Part shown: in pieces, positions 47,840 through 62,669 of the stretch
How the letters are laid out: each line of letters starts with the position of its first letter
Position numbering within the stretch: the first letter of the stretch is position 1
NCBI RefSeq assembly: GCF_035084215.1
Contig: NC_090361.1
Coordinates: forward strand, 2,294,001 to 2,358,000
DNA: 64,000 nt
Reading direction: 5' to 3'
DNA from: Heptranchias perlo
Taxonomy: Eukaryota
Notes under the pieces: model-generated
The model's input: only the letters and a program-made list of their open reading frames with translations
Database searches by the model: none
Told to the model about the DNA's origin: nothing
Position numbers and translations under genes: made by a program

Positions 47840-50800
47840 GGGGGTACCTTGCAGGTTCTTGGCTAGGGTACGATATGGGAGCTCAGAAGATGGGGGAGGA
47901 TCGTTGTACGGTATCTTATTTCTATTCCACCATGTCATTCAAGTAGCGTATTGCTTAACTTCTCTGCATTGATGTCTTTTTCATCGTGTGATTTTGTTGG
48001 ATTGATTGTTCTTTAGGTGCAGAAAGTATTGTATTACTTTGGTTTCCCTTTGGTCTCTTGTTTAGATCCAAAAATGGAATTCTGAAAGGAAAAAGTGCAT
48101 ATGTAGTGAGAGGATTTTTGTGGCTTTTCCCCCACCCCCCAAAAATGTAACTCAAATCCCATGACATCTCTTGCTTTGCAGGTGCTGCTGTTGATTGTAG
48201 TGCATGTGATCCTGTGGCGATATGCCTTTCTGCATGGCCTGAGATTTGTCGGTCCTTGCAGTGTACCATCAATCAGGGTGGGGGGGGGGGGGGAGGCTTC
48301 AATCTTTGCTTTGGTTGATGGTGAATTTTCCTGGCTTGGATGCCACCCCCTGCCCCATCCCCCAGTGAATATTCAGGACTCACCGGGTTTCTGACTATGG
48401 AGTTTCCTGTGGGTCACTTGCTGATGATTTGTAGCAACTAAGAGTTGAGACCTGAAATGGTACCTCTTCATGGAAGGATAATGTTGCTTGAATCTGGACT
48501 GGCTTCCAGAGGTACAGGAGAGCAACGACCTGCAGATCGTTGACTGTTTGCTTTAATCGTGCCTCTGAAAAGACTAAAAAGTACAATCAACTATGGTGGT
48601 CCATGTTACTCAGATACTACTTGCACATACATTGGAGCAATAAAAAAAAATATTTGAACACAGTTTATTTCTGCAGCAACTTTAATATGGAACATGTCCC
48701 ACGATGCTTTAAATAAGGGGGAAAGTTGATAGGATTTGAGGAGCAGGTGGGTGCTGTGCCATGGTGCTCGTTAAAAGAGATGGCCCTTGGTTGAAAGGGT
48801 GGATTTTGAAAAGGGTTTTCCAAGTGGTGAGGTTGAGGGCAGGAGTTCAACATTTGGGCCAAGATGGCTGAAGGCACTGCCACTAATGGTGGGACAAAGA
48901 GGAGGATGCACATAAACTTCAGAGTTGGAGGACTGAAGAGTGAGAGGATGTAAGGCTGCACAGATAGAGGGGTGATTGGGGGATTTTAAATACAAATGTG
49001 CTTTTGTGCTGTATTTCAGGGTTGTGATTACACTATGAACTTGAGAATTTTTTTTGTAATGTGTAAACTAAGATTCCGATAGGATGGGCAGATATTGAAT
49101 TTGGTTAGGATGCTGTTCATTTGTGGTCAAGGTTAATCTTTTTCTTAAAAAAGGTTAACTGAAAAAGAATGGAAATGACAAGAAAGGGAAAATAGAGCGA
49201 AGAGTTAAAAGCAAATGGAGAGAACATATTTTAAGATAGTATGGTGGTGGAAAAGGTAACCTCAGTGTGGTTATGGCTTCACGATTCCCCATACGACAAC
49301 TTTGGGTCTTGGCTGAGCAACTGGGTTGGGTGGTAAAGGAGACTGGGCACGCTGCATTCTGCTGTGGAGCAGTTGCAGAACTGCCGATATTCAGGTGCAG
49401 ATCTGATGCCTATTCCATTACTTGGCAAAATTATAATTAGGGCTGAGGAAGGAAACGTGTAATTTCTTTGTAATTAGTATGTGGATCAATTATTTTTCCT
49501 GAAACTGACGTTTCTATCCATACTGATAGATAACTTTGAAACTTTTCTGATCTCTGTTTAACTTGCTTTGGGAGAATGTAGGGAATTTAGAATGTCAGTT
49601 CCACTTATCAGTGCTGTACATTTTCCCTCTGCCTATTTTTATTGCCCATGTGTGGCCGCTTGCTCAGGTGTGCGGGGGCCATGTGTGGCCACTTGCTCAG
49701 GTGTGCGGGGGCCATGATTCATGTGTGAGCCTTGAGTGCGACAGGCTGTTCAGACACTGGAGACGTCTCAACTGCGGTGAGTAGAGATCAGGGATGGGAA
49801 ACCTCAGCTTTTTGTTCCTCTTTCCACCTCCTTTTTAACCCTAGAGCTATGGTTGAGATCAGTTAACTCGGGACAGAACTGCGACCTTGCTGGTCTGTTT
49901 GGCTGTGCTACCCACCGGCTTAACTTGGTGAGTCATTGCATTTTAAATTACCAGAGTACCTTTTCTCAAATGTCTGGTTGACGACTGCATTTTTCTCCAA
50001 GGTATACTGGCTCATTTAAAATTTTATGTGTTGTCTCTTTTGATATGATTCCTGGGTCTACATGCATATGTTAAAAACAAAAAAATTAAATTTCTGTACT
50101 TCTGTTCTGAAGACAGCTACTGATGCTCAGCTGTAGTTCTGCAGGCGGACGATCTCCAGTGCCTGCAACAGGTTTGAACAGTGATTGCAAACCCTTTCTA
50201 TTACTTTTGCTTTTCCAGCCCTGTGCCTCTAATATTCTATTACTGCCAGCCCCAGCTCAGAGCACCGATCAAGCTTGCACCTTCCTGCTTTGTGTTTAGT
50301 ACATGCCATGTGGTACACTTACCCACTGAATAATCAGGGAAGGCTCGCTCTATGCCTTCCCTTGATTATTGAGAGTAAATGTTTTGGGACGTTGTTATTT
50401 TTTTTAAAAGGTAGCGAACGGTCAGCACCAGGATAACCTTTTAAGTTAGCTTTTGATTCAAGGCAAATAGTGGATGATCTCTTACACTATATCAAGGTGG
50501 TGAGAATAAGTCGCATTAAAATATACCTTGTGTTGCACGTTATCTGTGCCCTGATACAGTACAGGTTGATGCTGTTTGAGCCGCTACCTTTTTTCCTGGT
50601 TTCTGTTCAAATGATATGCTGAAGTGAAGAGTTAGTTGACACCCAATTGGGTGTTAAGCTCTCGTGAAGGTGCACTCAATTAAGTTTGAATGTCTGGTTT
50701 AAGTATCTGTTTCAATGTACAATATTGCCAATTAGTATTTCTGGCTTTTGGGTTTCCTTGGGTACGCTGCTGACTTGGTCCTTCTGGCTCATGATGGAAG

Positions 50801-50961
50801 GGAGATAATGTTGATGATAACTGGAAGGCAGGTTTTGGCCATGTGGTTTAAGGCATAACCATCTGACAAGAAATCTCTATGCAACACTTCGAGGCTACTG
50901 AACTTGCAGTAAATGATACTCGTACATGAGTAACTGACCATGACTTTTAATGAATCTGCAG

Positions 50962-51058
50962 ATAGCTGCTAAAATTGGAGGTGACACTGCCACAACAGTA
51001 AACCACAGCACACCAGAATTTGGATTTGTTGGTCAAAAGAGACAACTGGAAGATGGAG
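50962..51058 (+). CDS. KHSRP: KHSRP exon 2
   Basis: ctgcag|ATA; [32 protein letters not shown]; G|gtaaga; 97 nt. Confidence 0.95.
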
Positions 51059-51589
51059 GTAAGACAATTGGGGGATAACTTGTTCCTTCAACTTGTTGAT
51101 GTACTTAAGTTTATAGTCAGTCAGTTAAGTAAGTGCTCTGCCTTGATATCTGACATCACCAGTCTTTAATAGTATAATTCTCTAGCCTCTGATCTTGTAG
51201 CTAAAGCGATTTCTTTTGTAAGATGTTGAAAAGACTGGCTTCTAAACTGTCCATGGTAGTCAGTCAGTCTGTAATGGTTACAGATGCCATATGTAATAAA
51301 TAATTTGGTGGAAAACTTCACCGGTGGTGGATCACAGGGGCACTGGTTAACAGTGGTGTAAAATAATACTGGAGTAGTGGTGTGGATTGCAGCTGTTATG
51401 ACAGATGGAAAAGGTCACTAAGTGGAGCCCAAAGAAACGAGCCTCACTGTGGATCTTTGCTGTTCGCTTACTGAGTTCTGCTCGTCGAATCACAGGAAGA
51501 ATATTATTGCCCGAAAGGGTATTTGGAGGTGACCATCCAGTTGATGGTCACTGCATGGCTATTATCCCACTCAGACTTTGAAGTGGCCG

Positions 51590-51895
51590 AGTTTAAAATA
51601 TAAAGGGGCTTGATGAAGCTGATTCTGCAGTTTTTTTTCACTTTAGTAAAGTGTTCAAAGGCCAGGTCACGAGCTAAACATTAGGAAGTTAAGAGCAAGA
51701 AGGGATTTGTTTTTCGGCCAGTAGAGTTGTGGAATAAATTTCTAGGGAAGGCTGTTGAAGTAGGTGGTATAAAAGGGTTCAAAGTACAACCTAGAGAAGG
51801 GAGAGATATGGTGAGAAGGTGGGTAGGTGGAGATGATGTTGGGAAAGGGGACATGTTTGGGCTAACGAGCTTTTTCTGTTCCTGATTTTTATGTT
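51590..51895 (+). mobile_element. Old degenerate CR1 3' fragment
   Basis: tttaaaatataaaggggcttgat...gtagagttgtggaataaatttct pattern. Confidence 0.5.
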
Positions 51896-54800
51896 CACAG
51901 CCAAGGTTTAACCTGCCAAACTTTTTCTCCATCACAAATGCTCAGAAGACTTGGTGAGCTTATAGCAAATCTTGGTGTGTTGTACATATGATAACAAGCA
52001 CTGGAAGAATATCTCAGACCTGACTCAAAAATGTGACACAATGGATCGCTGGTCTTGTTCTTTTTTAAAAAATCTTGTCTTAATTTATGTGCTGCTGGGG
52101 AGGGGTGCAGCTTTCGAAATCACTAATCTCTGCTTCAATACCTTTACCTTTGAGCTGTTTTTTTAAAAAAAAGTGAAAGGCACTGGACACCTACCTTAAT
52201 GATTGTCATGTAAATGTTACGCTCAAATGGAGACACATGATCTCTGTGCCACTCTTACCGATTTATATTGCAAATTGCTCTTCTCTGGTCCTGAGTAGTG
52301 AACGTAAACCCATTCTTTTATGCTTGCATAGTGCTTCTGTCCCAAAATCAGTGTTTACGAGATCTGAGTAAGGAATTTCTTTACAGGCATGGTGCTGTGC
52401 CGTATGACATCAGAAAGCTGCATTAACGCCAGCAAGAAACACTCCACACTGACCAGGGAGTTCTCCTTGGCACTTGTCAGACTGGGCTTTGGCCTTAAAA
52501 TCAAGTTAGATTTCATTGTGGCAGGGTCCAGAATGAACAGCAACAGCACATCTACAGACAGTACGGGTTAGTCCAGGAGGATACATTTTGGAATAGTTAT
52601 AACTGAACTAGTGTGGTTGTTTCCTTTTTATATCTGGTTTTTGTTACTGTAAAGGTATGGACAGTGTGTATAGGTACTATACAGTGCAGTGGAAATGTAA
52701 AATACTTCCTTGATGTTGACTATATTACTAAAATCTATTTTATAAATTTGAGGAACAGGCAGGAAGACTAGGATAAAGTATAATCTATCTAAGTTGAGTT
52801 CTACTTATATTTACAATGAGGATCTAGATTTTTGTTTTTGTTAGTATCTTTCTCAATGTTTTGATGTATTGCATAAAATTCTCAGTTAAAGTTTCTTGTT
52901 TATTTTTCCTCTGCTGCAGTGACCATCGAAGAGCTTGCTCCATAGTTCTCTAATTGACAATGATACTGATACCAAAGCCCTCAAAAGTTTTGAAATTAAG
53001 CTATCAAATTGATGGCAACCCAGCAGACTTGAGCACCGTTATTCCTTTCCTCAGTATCTTATTTGTTGCTCAGTGGTTATGAAGTGTTTTGCGATGTTGT
53101 GCAGATCTGATGAGGCAAAATATAAATGCATGGCTTTCTCTTCTTTCACTATCTCGCCAGTTTCAATTCTCTTGATAACTGGATTTGATTGCTTCAGTGG
53201 GCCAAAAGTGGCTAAGATTACATTCGTCATGTTTTTCAGCATTAAACCTGTTTGCTACTATATATTTTTTTTAAAAACACAACTTACTTCACCTGTACTC
53301 ACATTTCCCTTGCTTTTATTTGCTGAAGGCCAGCAGTGGCTACATTTAGATATATAGGTTGTGCATTTAGCTGGGCGTTCCTGTACAACAACATCCACTT
53401 GAATGCATAACCTATATCTATCTATCTTAAAAACCTTGAGTAGGGGACGTAGTTCTTGCCCACAAATCTTACTTCCTGATTTTTGGTCATGATCTTCTGT
53501 CAACATTTACCACTAAATTGCTATGTCAACAGTCCCAATCCACTTTTTTCTATGTCAACCATTAATTTGTGGTTGTAGGCTCTGCCCACTAGCTGGCACC
53601 AGGGGGGCAGGCTTCTGATGTGTCTCCCAACTCCGTTCTCAGTTTGCGTATTTAAAAAATCAGTTACCTGTGGTCCTCATGGGCAGTTCACTGGTGTTAA
53701 AAACCTTGCATCTGGCACACACTAACTTTACTTCTGGTTTCACACAGTTTTTATGGAAACCTATATGTCAACATGTCACAATGGGAAAACCCTGTCTAAA
53801 CGTGAACATTTCTTCAGTTTGTTGAGACAAATGATAAACTCGATACTTTTTTCAAAAAAAAATTCCTCATTGTCTCTTTTCCTCAGTAACTGAAATTTCT
53901 GTCCAAAATAAGTTTATAAACCAAATAAAAGCTGCAATTTCCACAATAACATGATTACATTTATTCATTGTTTTCCCCCTTTAATAGCTTCATTTGAAGT
54001 ACCTTGCCCACCCCCAGTGTTGTGCCAATGCTCTCTCCTCTTGGTACCAACAGGCACTGGGAATCCACCAATGAGCCAATCTGTATACTACCTCCCTAAT
54101 TCTGCCAAACCCCATGTTTCCCTTCTGCAGTAATTTCAGATCGAAGTATCTCTTTCCCCAAGCTACTAAAACCCAGCAGCCCCACTGGCGTGCTTCCAAA
54201 TGCCAGCAGCTGGGCCTGAATGCTGCCAAAGACCCAGACCACCCTGTGCAGCTCAATTTCACCCCCCACCCCCATGCCATACTGCTAAATACTCGTTATC
54301 TAACTCCAGTTGATGTTGCTTTGTATTCTTAGCTTTGTTACTAGTAATGGATAAAAATTAAATGCATAGATAGATATTTATAATCACTCAATTATGGTTT
54401 TCACAGAATCGTGGGATTCTGTTGCCAAAGCACCAGTTAAGTCCCAGAATGCCATTTAAGAAAGGGATTTGACTTATTCACTGACCCTGATGATATCCCT
54501 GCAAATGGCAGAGACTTATTTTCATAGGACAGCAGGCCCTCTGAGCCGCATGAACAATAACATGGGAGATCAGCAAGTACAACATGGAGATCGCATTGAG
54601 ACATTGTCGTGTCTACCTAGGATGAACTTCGCAGTTTGAATTGGGGATGGAGGGACCCAGATATTGGTGTTCTGTTGCACCGGTGGCAGCTTGTAGCAGA
54701 GTGCCCAACGGGTGTCAACATTTTTGGTACTCTGGGAATATTAAATCTGTGGTCCTGTCGCTGGTTAGTGCAGTAAAGGGTGGTGGGTGGAGAGAGAAAT

Positions 54801-54919
54801 GTTTTGCCTTCAGAGATGGGACAGAGTATGACATGAATGCTTTTGATATTCTGTACATAGCAGCTTAAATTCTTCACTCCTTGCATGGTGTCAAAAAAAT
54901 TCCCTCCTTTGTTTTACAG

Positions 54920-54958
54920 ATCAGCCCGATAGCAAAAAAATAGCAGCACAAAGCGATC
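54920..54958 (+). CDS. KHSRP: KHSRP exon 3
   Basis: ttttacag|AT; (D)QPDSKKIAAQSD; C|gtaagt; 39 nt. Confidence 0.92.
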
Positions 54959-56484
54959 GTAAGTACAGAGTCCACTTACTACATGTGTTTTCAAAATAAT
55001 CATTTGGTCAGTGTTGTCACTAGGATTTCAGTCAAGTATGATAATGGGCATGTGAACTTTCTTGGGAGCTATACCACAGGCAACTGTTTCACATCGGCAT
55101 TTCAATAAAACTTTAAATGGTGGGTGTGTCTAAATTGTGGAAAAACACAAATCGAGTTCCAGATTCCATTCATCCAAAGTCTGCAGAGAATACTTTAAGC
55201 TAGTTAACACTATTGCAAGTTTCTGATAAATTACAGGTCACTGTGTAGTAGTGGGGGTAATTTGAGGTGATGAATTATGAGCATGATACTGGGCAGTTAG
55301 TGTATTGGCTGATGTGTAATTGATCTGGTAGGACGTTTGTATCATTCTAAATAAACCCAGCAACAACACTTGCACTGAACCAAGTTCTTCACATTAAGCA
55401 ATGACTGAATATTTTGCTGAAATGTTTGACAGTGGCTGTAGTGGAATAAGATGTTGCTCTTCAGTGATGAAAATTGAGAATCAGGATGAATGATTTTTAT
55501 GAATCAGTTATATCGCATCTGCATAAATCAATCCAGTAAAACAAGCTGCAGTGTCTCAAGCTGCTAGAAGTTTGGATGTACTTATACCTTGCCTTCTGGG
55601 CTTAATTTTTGAAAGTTTTTCCAAAAGGAGGAAGGTAAAACAAATGAATACTGTGCATATGACACAATGGAGTAACTGTTTCACCCTCGGTACAAGAAAA
55701 CAAAAGGACCATGAGATATGGAGTATAACAACTGGGCAGCAGATACATAAGTGGAATTGTGTTTCCCCCGGTGAATCGCCAGAGTATCCATGAGTAGAAA
55801 GGAGTCCAGTAACATGGTGTTTCCGAAATAAAAGATCTTATGTACAAGTGCCATAAAGTTCACTTTCCAATAAGGGACAGCTTAAACCACCAGAGGCTGG
55901 AGTGGGCACTCACCGACCAAAAGTTATTTTTAATGTTAAACTACCCCACTTGTTGCACTCGGCACTGCATACAGACATTTGAGTGAGGCTGCACTTGTGA
56001 CATCTCATGGGGTTGGAGAAAAGAATTAAATTTGTGTTGTGATTTCAGTGTATTCAGTCGTATAGTTTGAATAGCTGGGCAACTTTTCCCCATTATTAAG
56101 TTGGGATTTTTAGCTAACTTCACACAAATGAGGAAAACATCGACCCTTGATGGTTACAAAATGCATTATGCAATTTTCTTGATCAGTGTGTTTTTGTTGG
56201 GTCCATTTAATTGTCATTACCGTGACACAACATCCAGTGCGAAACAATTGCGCCTTAGCAGTGAAAGTGATCCACAGTATTCATTTCAGTGAAGGAAATG
56301 CTTCAGAACTGATGAGCATCGTGTGTAGTTGTGTTGAAGGGTTTTGAATAAATTGACAGTTCACATATTTCTCTCAAGTTTATTGCAGCGACTTTTTCAG
56401 TGTGTAATAAGAGCTTCAATATAGAGTTCCATGTGGAAGATTAGATATTTTTCCTTTTAACTTCAACCCTATTTTCTCTCCTAG

Positions 56485-56524
56485 CGATCGGAGCTCAGCT
56501 TGCAGCAATACATCAGCAGCAAAG
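56485..56524 (+). CDS. KHSRP: KHSRP exon 4
   Basis: ctcctag|CG; (P)IGAQLAAIHQQQ(R); AG|gtatgt; 40 nt; phases fit the neighbouring exons. Confidence 0.88.
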
Positions 56525-58420
56525 GTATGTAGAGCTTGATGTTGAAGGTAAATGTCCAGCTGCCCCCTCACAGCTCCTGAGCGATACAGGATGATCCAAG
56601 ATTTAATTCTCAGTCTGTGCTATGAGCTGGGGCAGCAGCAGTGAGGCACCATGATTGGCTGTAGAGCCTCTGGGTTAGGGTGGGGACAGTTGGTCACGAG
56701 TCCTGCTCCTGATAACCCCTACCAGAAACACAGGTGCTTGGCTGTGATCTTGAGCCTGAAAGCCTGCTTCCATCCTTGGTCAAGGATCGTGCATGAATAG
56801 TGCTCACTTGAATGAGGTATGGGAGAGACACAAACATCCACGGAGCTGAACTCCTTAAAGAGTCAGCCCCTTCAGGAGGGGTGAAAATAAGAGAGAGAAA
56901 GAAACACTTAAACAAGTGACCTCATAACTTGGATCAGTTAGTGAATTGTTCAACAGTTTAGAACTGGAGATGTGTGCAATATGGTTACCACATCTCAAAA
57001 ATCAGCAGACATAAGTAATTATGTGCAATTTAATCGCTTGCAGATGTTCGGTAAGGCATTATTTAAAAGACTTGGGCGCTATGAAGTAGTGGCATGCAGG
57101 TTCATATCTGACCACCCATGTGCTGATAAACCAGTCTTCTAAATGGAAAATCAAAGGGTGATCCTTGTGATTCTCTTGTTTTACTTCCTTTCTGTCAATT
57201 TGGTTGGTTTTGGCAGAGGTCTTAGTAGGTTGGCCACAGTTTGTGTAAGTAGGTTGGAGGGGTAAGAGTGTAGAGCTTTCATAATTTTGATCCATACCTC
57301 ACCACAAGGCACTGCTGGTTTGGAATATGCTTGTAGTTTACATGTTGTACAATAAGATATTTCCATTCAGCTTTATTGATCACTTCCAGTTGTAATTATC
57401 TGGCTTGTATCATATTTTTCTGTCGTGGCTATTGTAGGATACCTGCATTAATCCTCACGGCATTGAATAGTTTGCGTTTGAATTGTCTTCCTGCAATAAT
57501 GTAGTCATTGTGATCTGAACATATTTGCTCAAGGCTGAATGTGTGGACCCCAAGTCAGATCCTTCCAGTTCTATGAAGGTAATGGCAGAGAAGAGCTATA
57601 AACTGACATGTGAATCAATGACCAAAATGGTACAAAGCATTTAAATTTGCTTCTGAAATATGCCTATCCAAGACGTTTCTTCAGCGTCAATTTTCTACCA
57701 CCCCCAGTTTGTTTCTGAAGACATCAATTCCACGTGGGGTGTGAATTTCCAGCTATCAGTTGTGCTCTAATATCTCACCCAGTTGGCCACTTCTCATACG
57801 TTGGCCCTGATGGTGTGTCTACAGGCTGTTTGACCCCATGAGGCATTGTAGCCATGTCCCTACATGCACTTAAAGTAAGAGCTGCTGGATCAGGATAGGG
57901 TGTCCTCTCATTTCTTCTCCTCCCCACCTGCTTGCACCCGCGCCCCCCCACACACACACAAATCTACAAACACAAGGCCAATTGTAGCACACTTACCACT
58001 GCCTTGGCTGAGTTTGATTAATTCAAAATACAAACTTTGTACTTTCCTGGTCTGTATAGCTCAGCTACTCACTGAACCATTGGGAGAGCCGCACTTGTCA
58101 AGGCCTGACAAGAAATGGATTCCTAACCTTAAAAAAGAGGAATGCGTAGCTTTTGTTCCTGGCCGTCTTGTTCTTGGTGCTCCTTTCATAGTTCATTTTT
58201 AGCAGGAGGAAGGGTGCAACATGATCTTTGGTTAAGTGTAAGCTGTGGATTCAGGATCCATTTGTAGTGGGATGTGTGCTGTTGTGTAAGTTCTCTTTGT
58301 GTGAAAAGATTGTCAACTTCATGGAGTGTCACCTTGCCTGAATGGGGACATGGAGGTTATTGGCACTGATCGGGGGGCGTTTGTTCTGTGGTGGTGACCT
58401 GTTATGTTTTTGTTTTACAG

Positions 58421-58447
58421 ACCGGAAGATCATCACCCCTTTAACAT
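58421..58447 (+). CDS. KHSRP: Candidate 27-nt alternative microexon of KHSRP
   Basis: tgtttttgttttacag|...|gtatgc; phase 2/2, open frame adding PEDHHPFNM. Confidence 0.4.
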
Positions 58448-59983
58448 GTATGCTAAATTTTATTATCCTTGAACTATTACTCCTAACACCAGTTGTTACA
58501 AGTGATTTTTATAAACTGCTCACCACCATGTGTTGGTGAATTTTTTTTTGGTAAACTTACATTAGTTAAAGCATTCATTCGTATCTGTTTCAGATAAAAT
58601 ATTTTGCAATGTTCAAAATGTAGGGATGCAAAATTTCAGCTTTTCCCCCAAACTTTTTCCCACATTAAGCAAGGCTTGATACTTTTTGGAAAATGAAGCC
58701 TCAACTTTTTTTTGACTAAATGAGAGTGTTTTCTAAGTTGTCTGTGGAGTAATGTGCTATTGTAGGACTGCTGTGCATCATAGGGTCAGAGTTCGTTTTG
58801 AAGCTTGAGAATCAGAAGTCAGCATATTAAACGTTGATACTTTTCAGCTTTTTACTTTTTGACAAACCCATTTGTCCCAAACTGAAGATTCTCTGAGTTG
58901 GGTTTGTGCTAGCAGCTTTAAGTATGCATTAGTATGTACTTAAGTATATTGTTTGCCTTTTGGAATCAGAGCACCAGTAGGCTGTAAAATACCAGCTATA
59001 TTGTGAAACTTATTAATAAACAGTATCTAATTAATGGTGGTATATGTGCTATTGAAGTATACAGTTGTAATGGCTTTCCCTGGTTTCTTTCAACCTTCTG
59101 TCAGCACTCTCCTCTGGCTGCTTCACTCCTCTTTCCACTTCCAGTTTTGCTCTAGTTAAGAGTCAGTCAAGCTACAGAAGGTGGAATGGACATATGGTGC
59201 TTAGAACAGGTAAAACTGCTTTGTGTGGTTGTTTTGCCACTTGCGATCCCCCATAGCAGAATAGTCATTTCCACCTTGCCGAAAGAGCAATTTGAGTGAA
59301 TGGGAGCAGTAGGAGGAGAGTGAGAAAATACTAGGACAGTTCATCTCTGCTTATGGCTGAGCCAAATATTTTGTAGTGTTGCTTTATTGGCACCAAATGG
59401 TTTATCTGGACTTTTTTATTTGGTGCTGGTCCTAAGGGGATATATTTGGGGATAGAAATTAACTGTACACTAACCCACAAAGAATACCTCTGGCAAATTA
59501 AATGATATAAGTTTGGAGTCTGAGAACTTTGAGACTACCCCCCTGCTTGTACATATGCAAACTGTGTAAACTGATCCATGGTGCAGAGTAGTGTGAGATA
59601 TTGTATCCTGTTTATCCTTGATAAAAGCTTTTGGTTCCCTGTTCTGTTGACAAGTGTATTTTTAACTCAGTATTTCAAAAGTAACTGAGCAAAATTCTAA
59701 AATTGTTTTGCAACATTAATATTGTGACATAAGGACAGTATTTTCATGGCATCCAGATCTCAATGTTTTAGTAGTTGCTGGATTGTGTATAACTGTGTCT
59801 ACAACTGTAATTGTGTACACTTCAAAAAAATAAATCACAATAATAATTACATTGACTTGTGCAGCGCAGTTGACCACACTGGAATATTTTTAAACACAGG
59901 CAATGAACTTAAAGGATGAAACTTTCGTTAGATTTTTGCAGTGGCCTGTGTCTTCATGCACTCAGATTTATCTTCTTTTCCAG

Positions 59984-60033
59984 GTCAACCCTTACAGAGG
60001 AATACAGAGTGCCAGATGGGATGGTTGGTCTGG
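59984..60033 (+). CDS. KHSRP: KHSRP exon 5 (start of KH1)
   Basis: ttccag|G; STLTEEYRVPDGMVGL; G|gtaagt; 50 nt. Confidence 0.95.
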
Positions 60034-61721
60034 GTAAGTGTACATTAGGATAATGCACGAGTGGAGCTTCAAAAAACGTTTATTTTTTTCCAGTTTCATC
60101 CTCTCCGTAACCCTGAAGGCCTCTACTCCAGTACCTTGCCCAATTGACCTTCCTTCATGTGAGACCAGACAGTTGCTGTCCTTATTCAATTCCCATACAT
60201 GTTCACAATTCAATAGGGACCACTGGCTAGCGATCAGGAATTGGGAACTTGGACAAATTTTCCCTAGCCTGGGGGTGCTGAGGCAAATTATAATACCTTG
60301 ACTACCACCCCAGCTGAAATCAGCTAACTCAATACAGTCCAGGAATTGAACTTTGGTTCAGTTATATGCTGGCTTTACCAACTGATGCGTTGAGAGTCTA
60401 TATTTGGAAGTGGGGTTGAGGTCACTGCACTGTAATTTGTCTCTCATGCACCTTATGGCCATTTTCATCTTGTAGTAAGTGCTTAAGAGCTTCCCACTGA
60501 AGGGGCTAGCTTGTTTTTGAATGTTAAGATTGGAGATTGCTGGACTGTAGCCAGCTATTCTGTACCTTTCATCATTTCTGTATTCTGAAAATTGGGAGCA
60601 GTAGAAATGCTGGAGTATCCTGATATGTGCGGCGTCCAATGTTTAACTTTTTTAAAAAGTGGAGATATATTTAAACTTTGACTTTTAAAGTGCGTGTATG
60701 TGTAAAATATATAAATATTTTTTTTAAAAAGTGTCAAGGTGTGGCTCATGTAGTGTTTTTGCATTTTTCGCTGGAGCATTCTAATTTCAGCACATGTTCT
60801 GCGGAAAACACCTCATAGCTGTTAGATGTTGTCCCTGTGTTGCTGTAGAGCCATTTATTGGAATACTGCATATCTACCCAAATTGGGGCAAACTATGGAC
60901 AGGTTGGTGAGCGAGCACTAGTTCCCAGTATAGTGGAAGCCTCAATCCTAATTTCATGTTTAAATATTTCGTTGAATCAGCAGGTGCTGGTATTGGTGCA
61001 TGTTTAAACCCAAGTAACTTGGATTTGTTAGTTTGGAGTATGGAGCCCCATGTTGTATGTTTTCTTCCAAAGTGAGAAGCTCCCAGTTGACCAGAGTGTG
61101 CTAATCTGAGCATGCTAAATTTGTTCCCAATGCCCATAAATTTGGGAGGGGGTGAGGGAGATTAGTCAGGCTTCTGATTGCTATCCAACCTCTCCCAGAA
61201 GTGCTTTGAGCATGAAGATATCTAACTGCATAGTTGCATAACCCTCTTTTCCCCCAAACCCTCAACACTCACCTTCCAATCTCACTGATGCAGAATGGTC
61301 ACTTGGGCATGATACTGGAGGCCTGCCACCAACTGTGGAACCATACAGTGGCATGTGTTGTTAACTTCAGGAGATATGGGGTAAGGAGAGAAAATTGGAT
61401 TGGGAAATCTGGAGGTTCTCATGGGTGTGTGAGATGTTGCTTTGAGTTGCGTGAAGATGGGGCTCTGATTACGCTAGAATAGATGTTGGTGTTCGACTGT
61501 GTTTTAATTGTAACACGCATGTTCATTGTTGTGGTGTTAGACTGTAGTAAACTGATCTGATTTCTAAGACTATTGCTGTACTGCATTGATCTGTACTATT
61601 GACAGCTCTGGAAGGTGCTCCATGTACCTGTGTACTGTGTTTGCATGCCCAAGATGTGTAGCCACCTGCTGATTAGTAATCCTGCCCAATGAGTGAATTG
61701 TGAAATGTGGGTTTATTTTAG

Positions 61722-61793
61722 TTATAGGCAGAGGTGGGGAACAGATAAACCGAATACAGCAGGAATCTGGTTGCAAAGTACAGATTGCTCCAG
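61722..61793 (+). CDS. KHSRP: KHSRP exon 6 (KH1 GxxG loop)
   Basis: ttttag|TT; (V)[23 protein letters not shown]; G|gtattg; 72 nt. Confidence 0.95.
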
Positions 61794-62669
61794 GTATTGT
61801 AAGCTTTTTTCTTTACTTAAGTTAAAATTTTGGCGGTCCACATGGCAGTGTCTTAATGAAATTTAAAAATGTATTGCAACCACCTGTGTGCATTGTTGCA
61901 AGTTAAAGTAAATATATTTCCAGGGTGAGAAATGTGAATTCTCAGCCCTCGTGTTATTTCTGGGCATGGCATTCTTACCAGCTGAATTGATATATTTTAA
62001 ATCAAATACAGAACTGCTTCGATAAATGCTTTTCACTTGGGGTTTTCTTGATGCCCTCATGGATAAAGTTTTGCCCCATATAGCACAGGGTTCCTGGTTT
62101 GATTCGTGCTCTGTGCTGAGTAAGCTGATTTCAGCTTGGGCAGCAGTTACTGCGCCACAGTCAACCCAAGCACCCCATTAAGGCACGGACAAAGGTCAGC
62201 CAGGGTTCCCATTCTTGACAGCTATCCTGTGTTCTTTTGTTGGGAAGTGCACATAAATGGATATTGAGCAAGGACATAATTTGGCCACATTGTTATGCCA
62301 AATATGTCCAATAGGTGACCAATACTTACTGGGTTGTTTTGTAAAAAAAATGATCACTTGGATGAGATACCAGCAAGCTGTTGGCACCCACAAACATACA
62401 CCTGATGAAACATTGCTGGTAATCAAAAAAACATTGGCTTCCCTCACCCAGCTCCTGTCCTTTGACAGAAGTAACATTCTTGAGGTAAATTCGCTGTATA
62501 TGTAGCAGCATTGCAGTAAACGAGTCACTGGGCAGTAAATTGTCCGGGCTCCAGACAAAAAGTTTTTTGTGCTTGTGGCCATTGCTAACCTCATAAAATT
62601 TGAGGATCTGGTCCCAACAGCTTGTGTTGCTACAAATCAAAATAAATTGTGATTTTCTTCCTTCCCCAG

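Noticed and set aside
49647-49715. 33-bp direct duplication in KHSRP intron 1
   Set aside because: Simple two-copy local duplication with no further structure
48170-52930. Other AG acceptor-like sites in KHSRP introns (about 48181, 49019 and 52919) as poison exons
   Set aside because: No convincing paired donor at a plausible distance could be identified by eye
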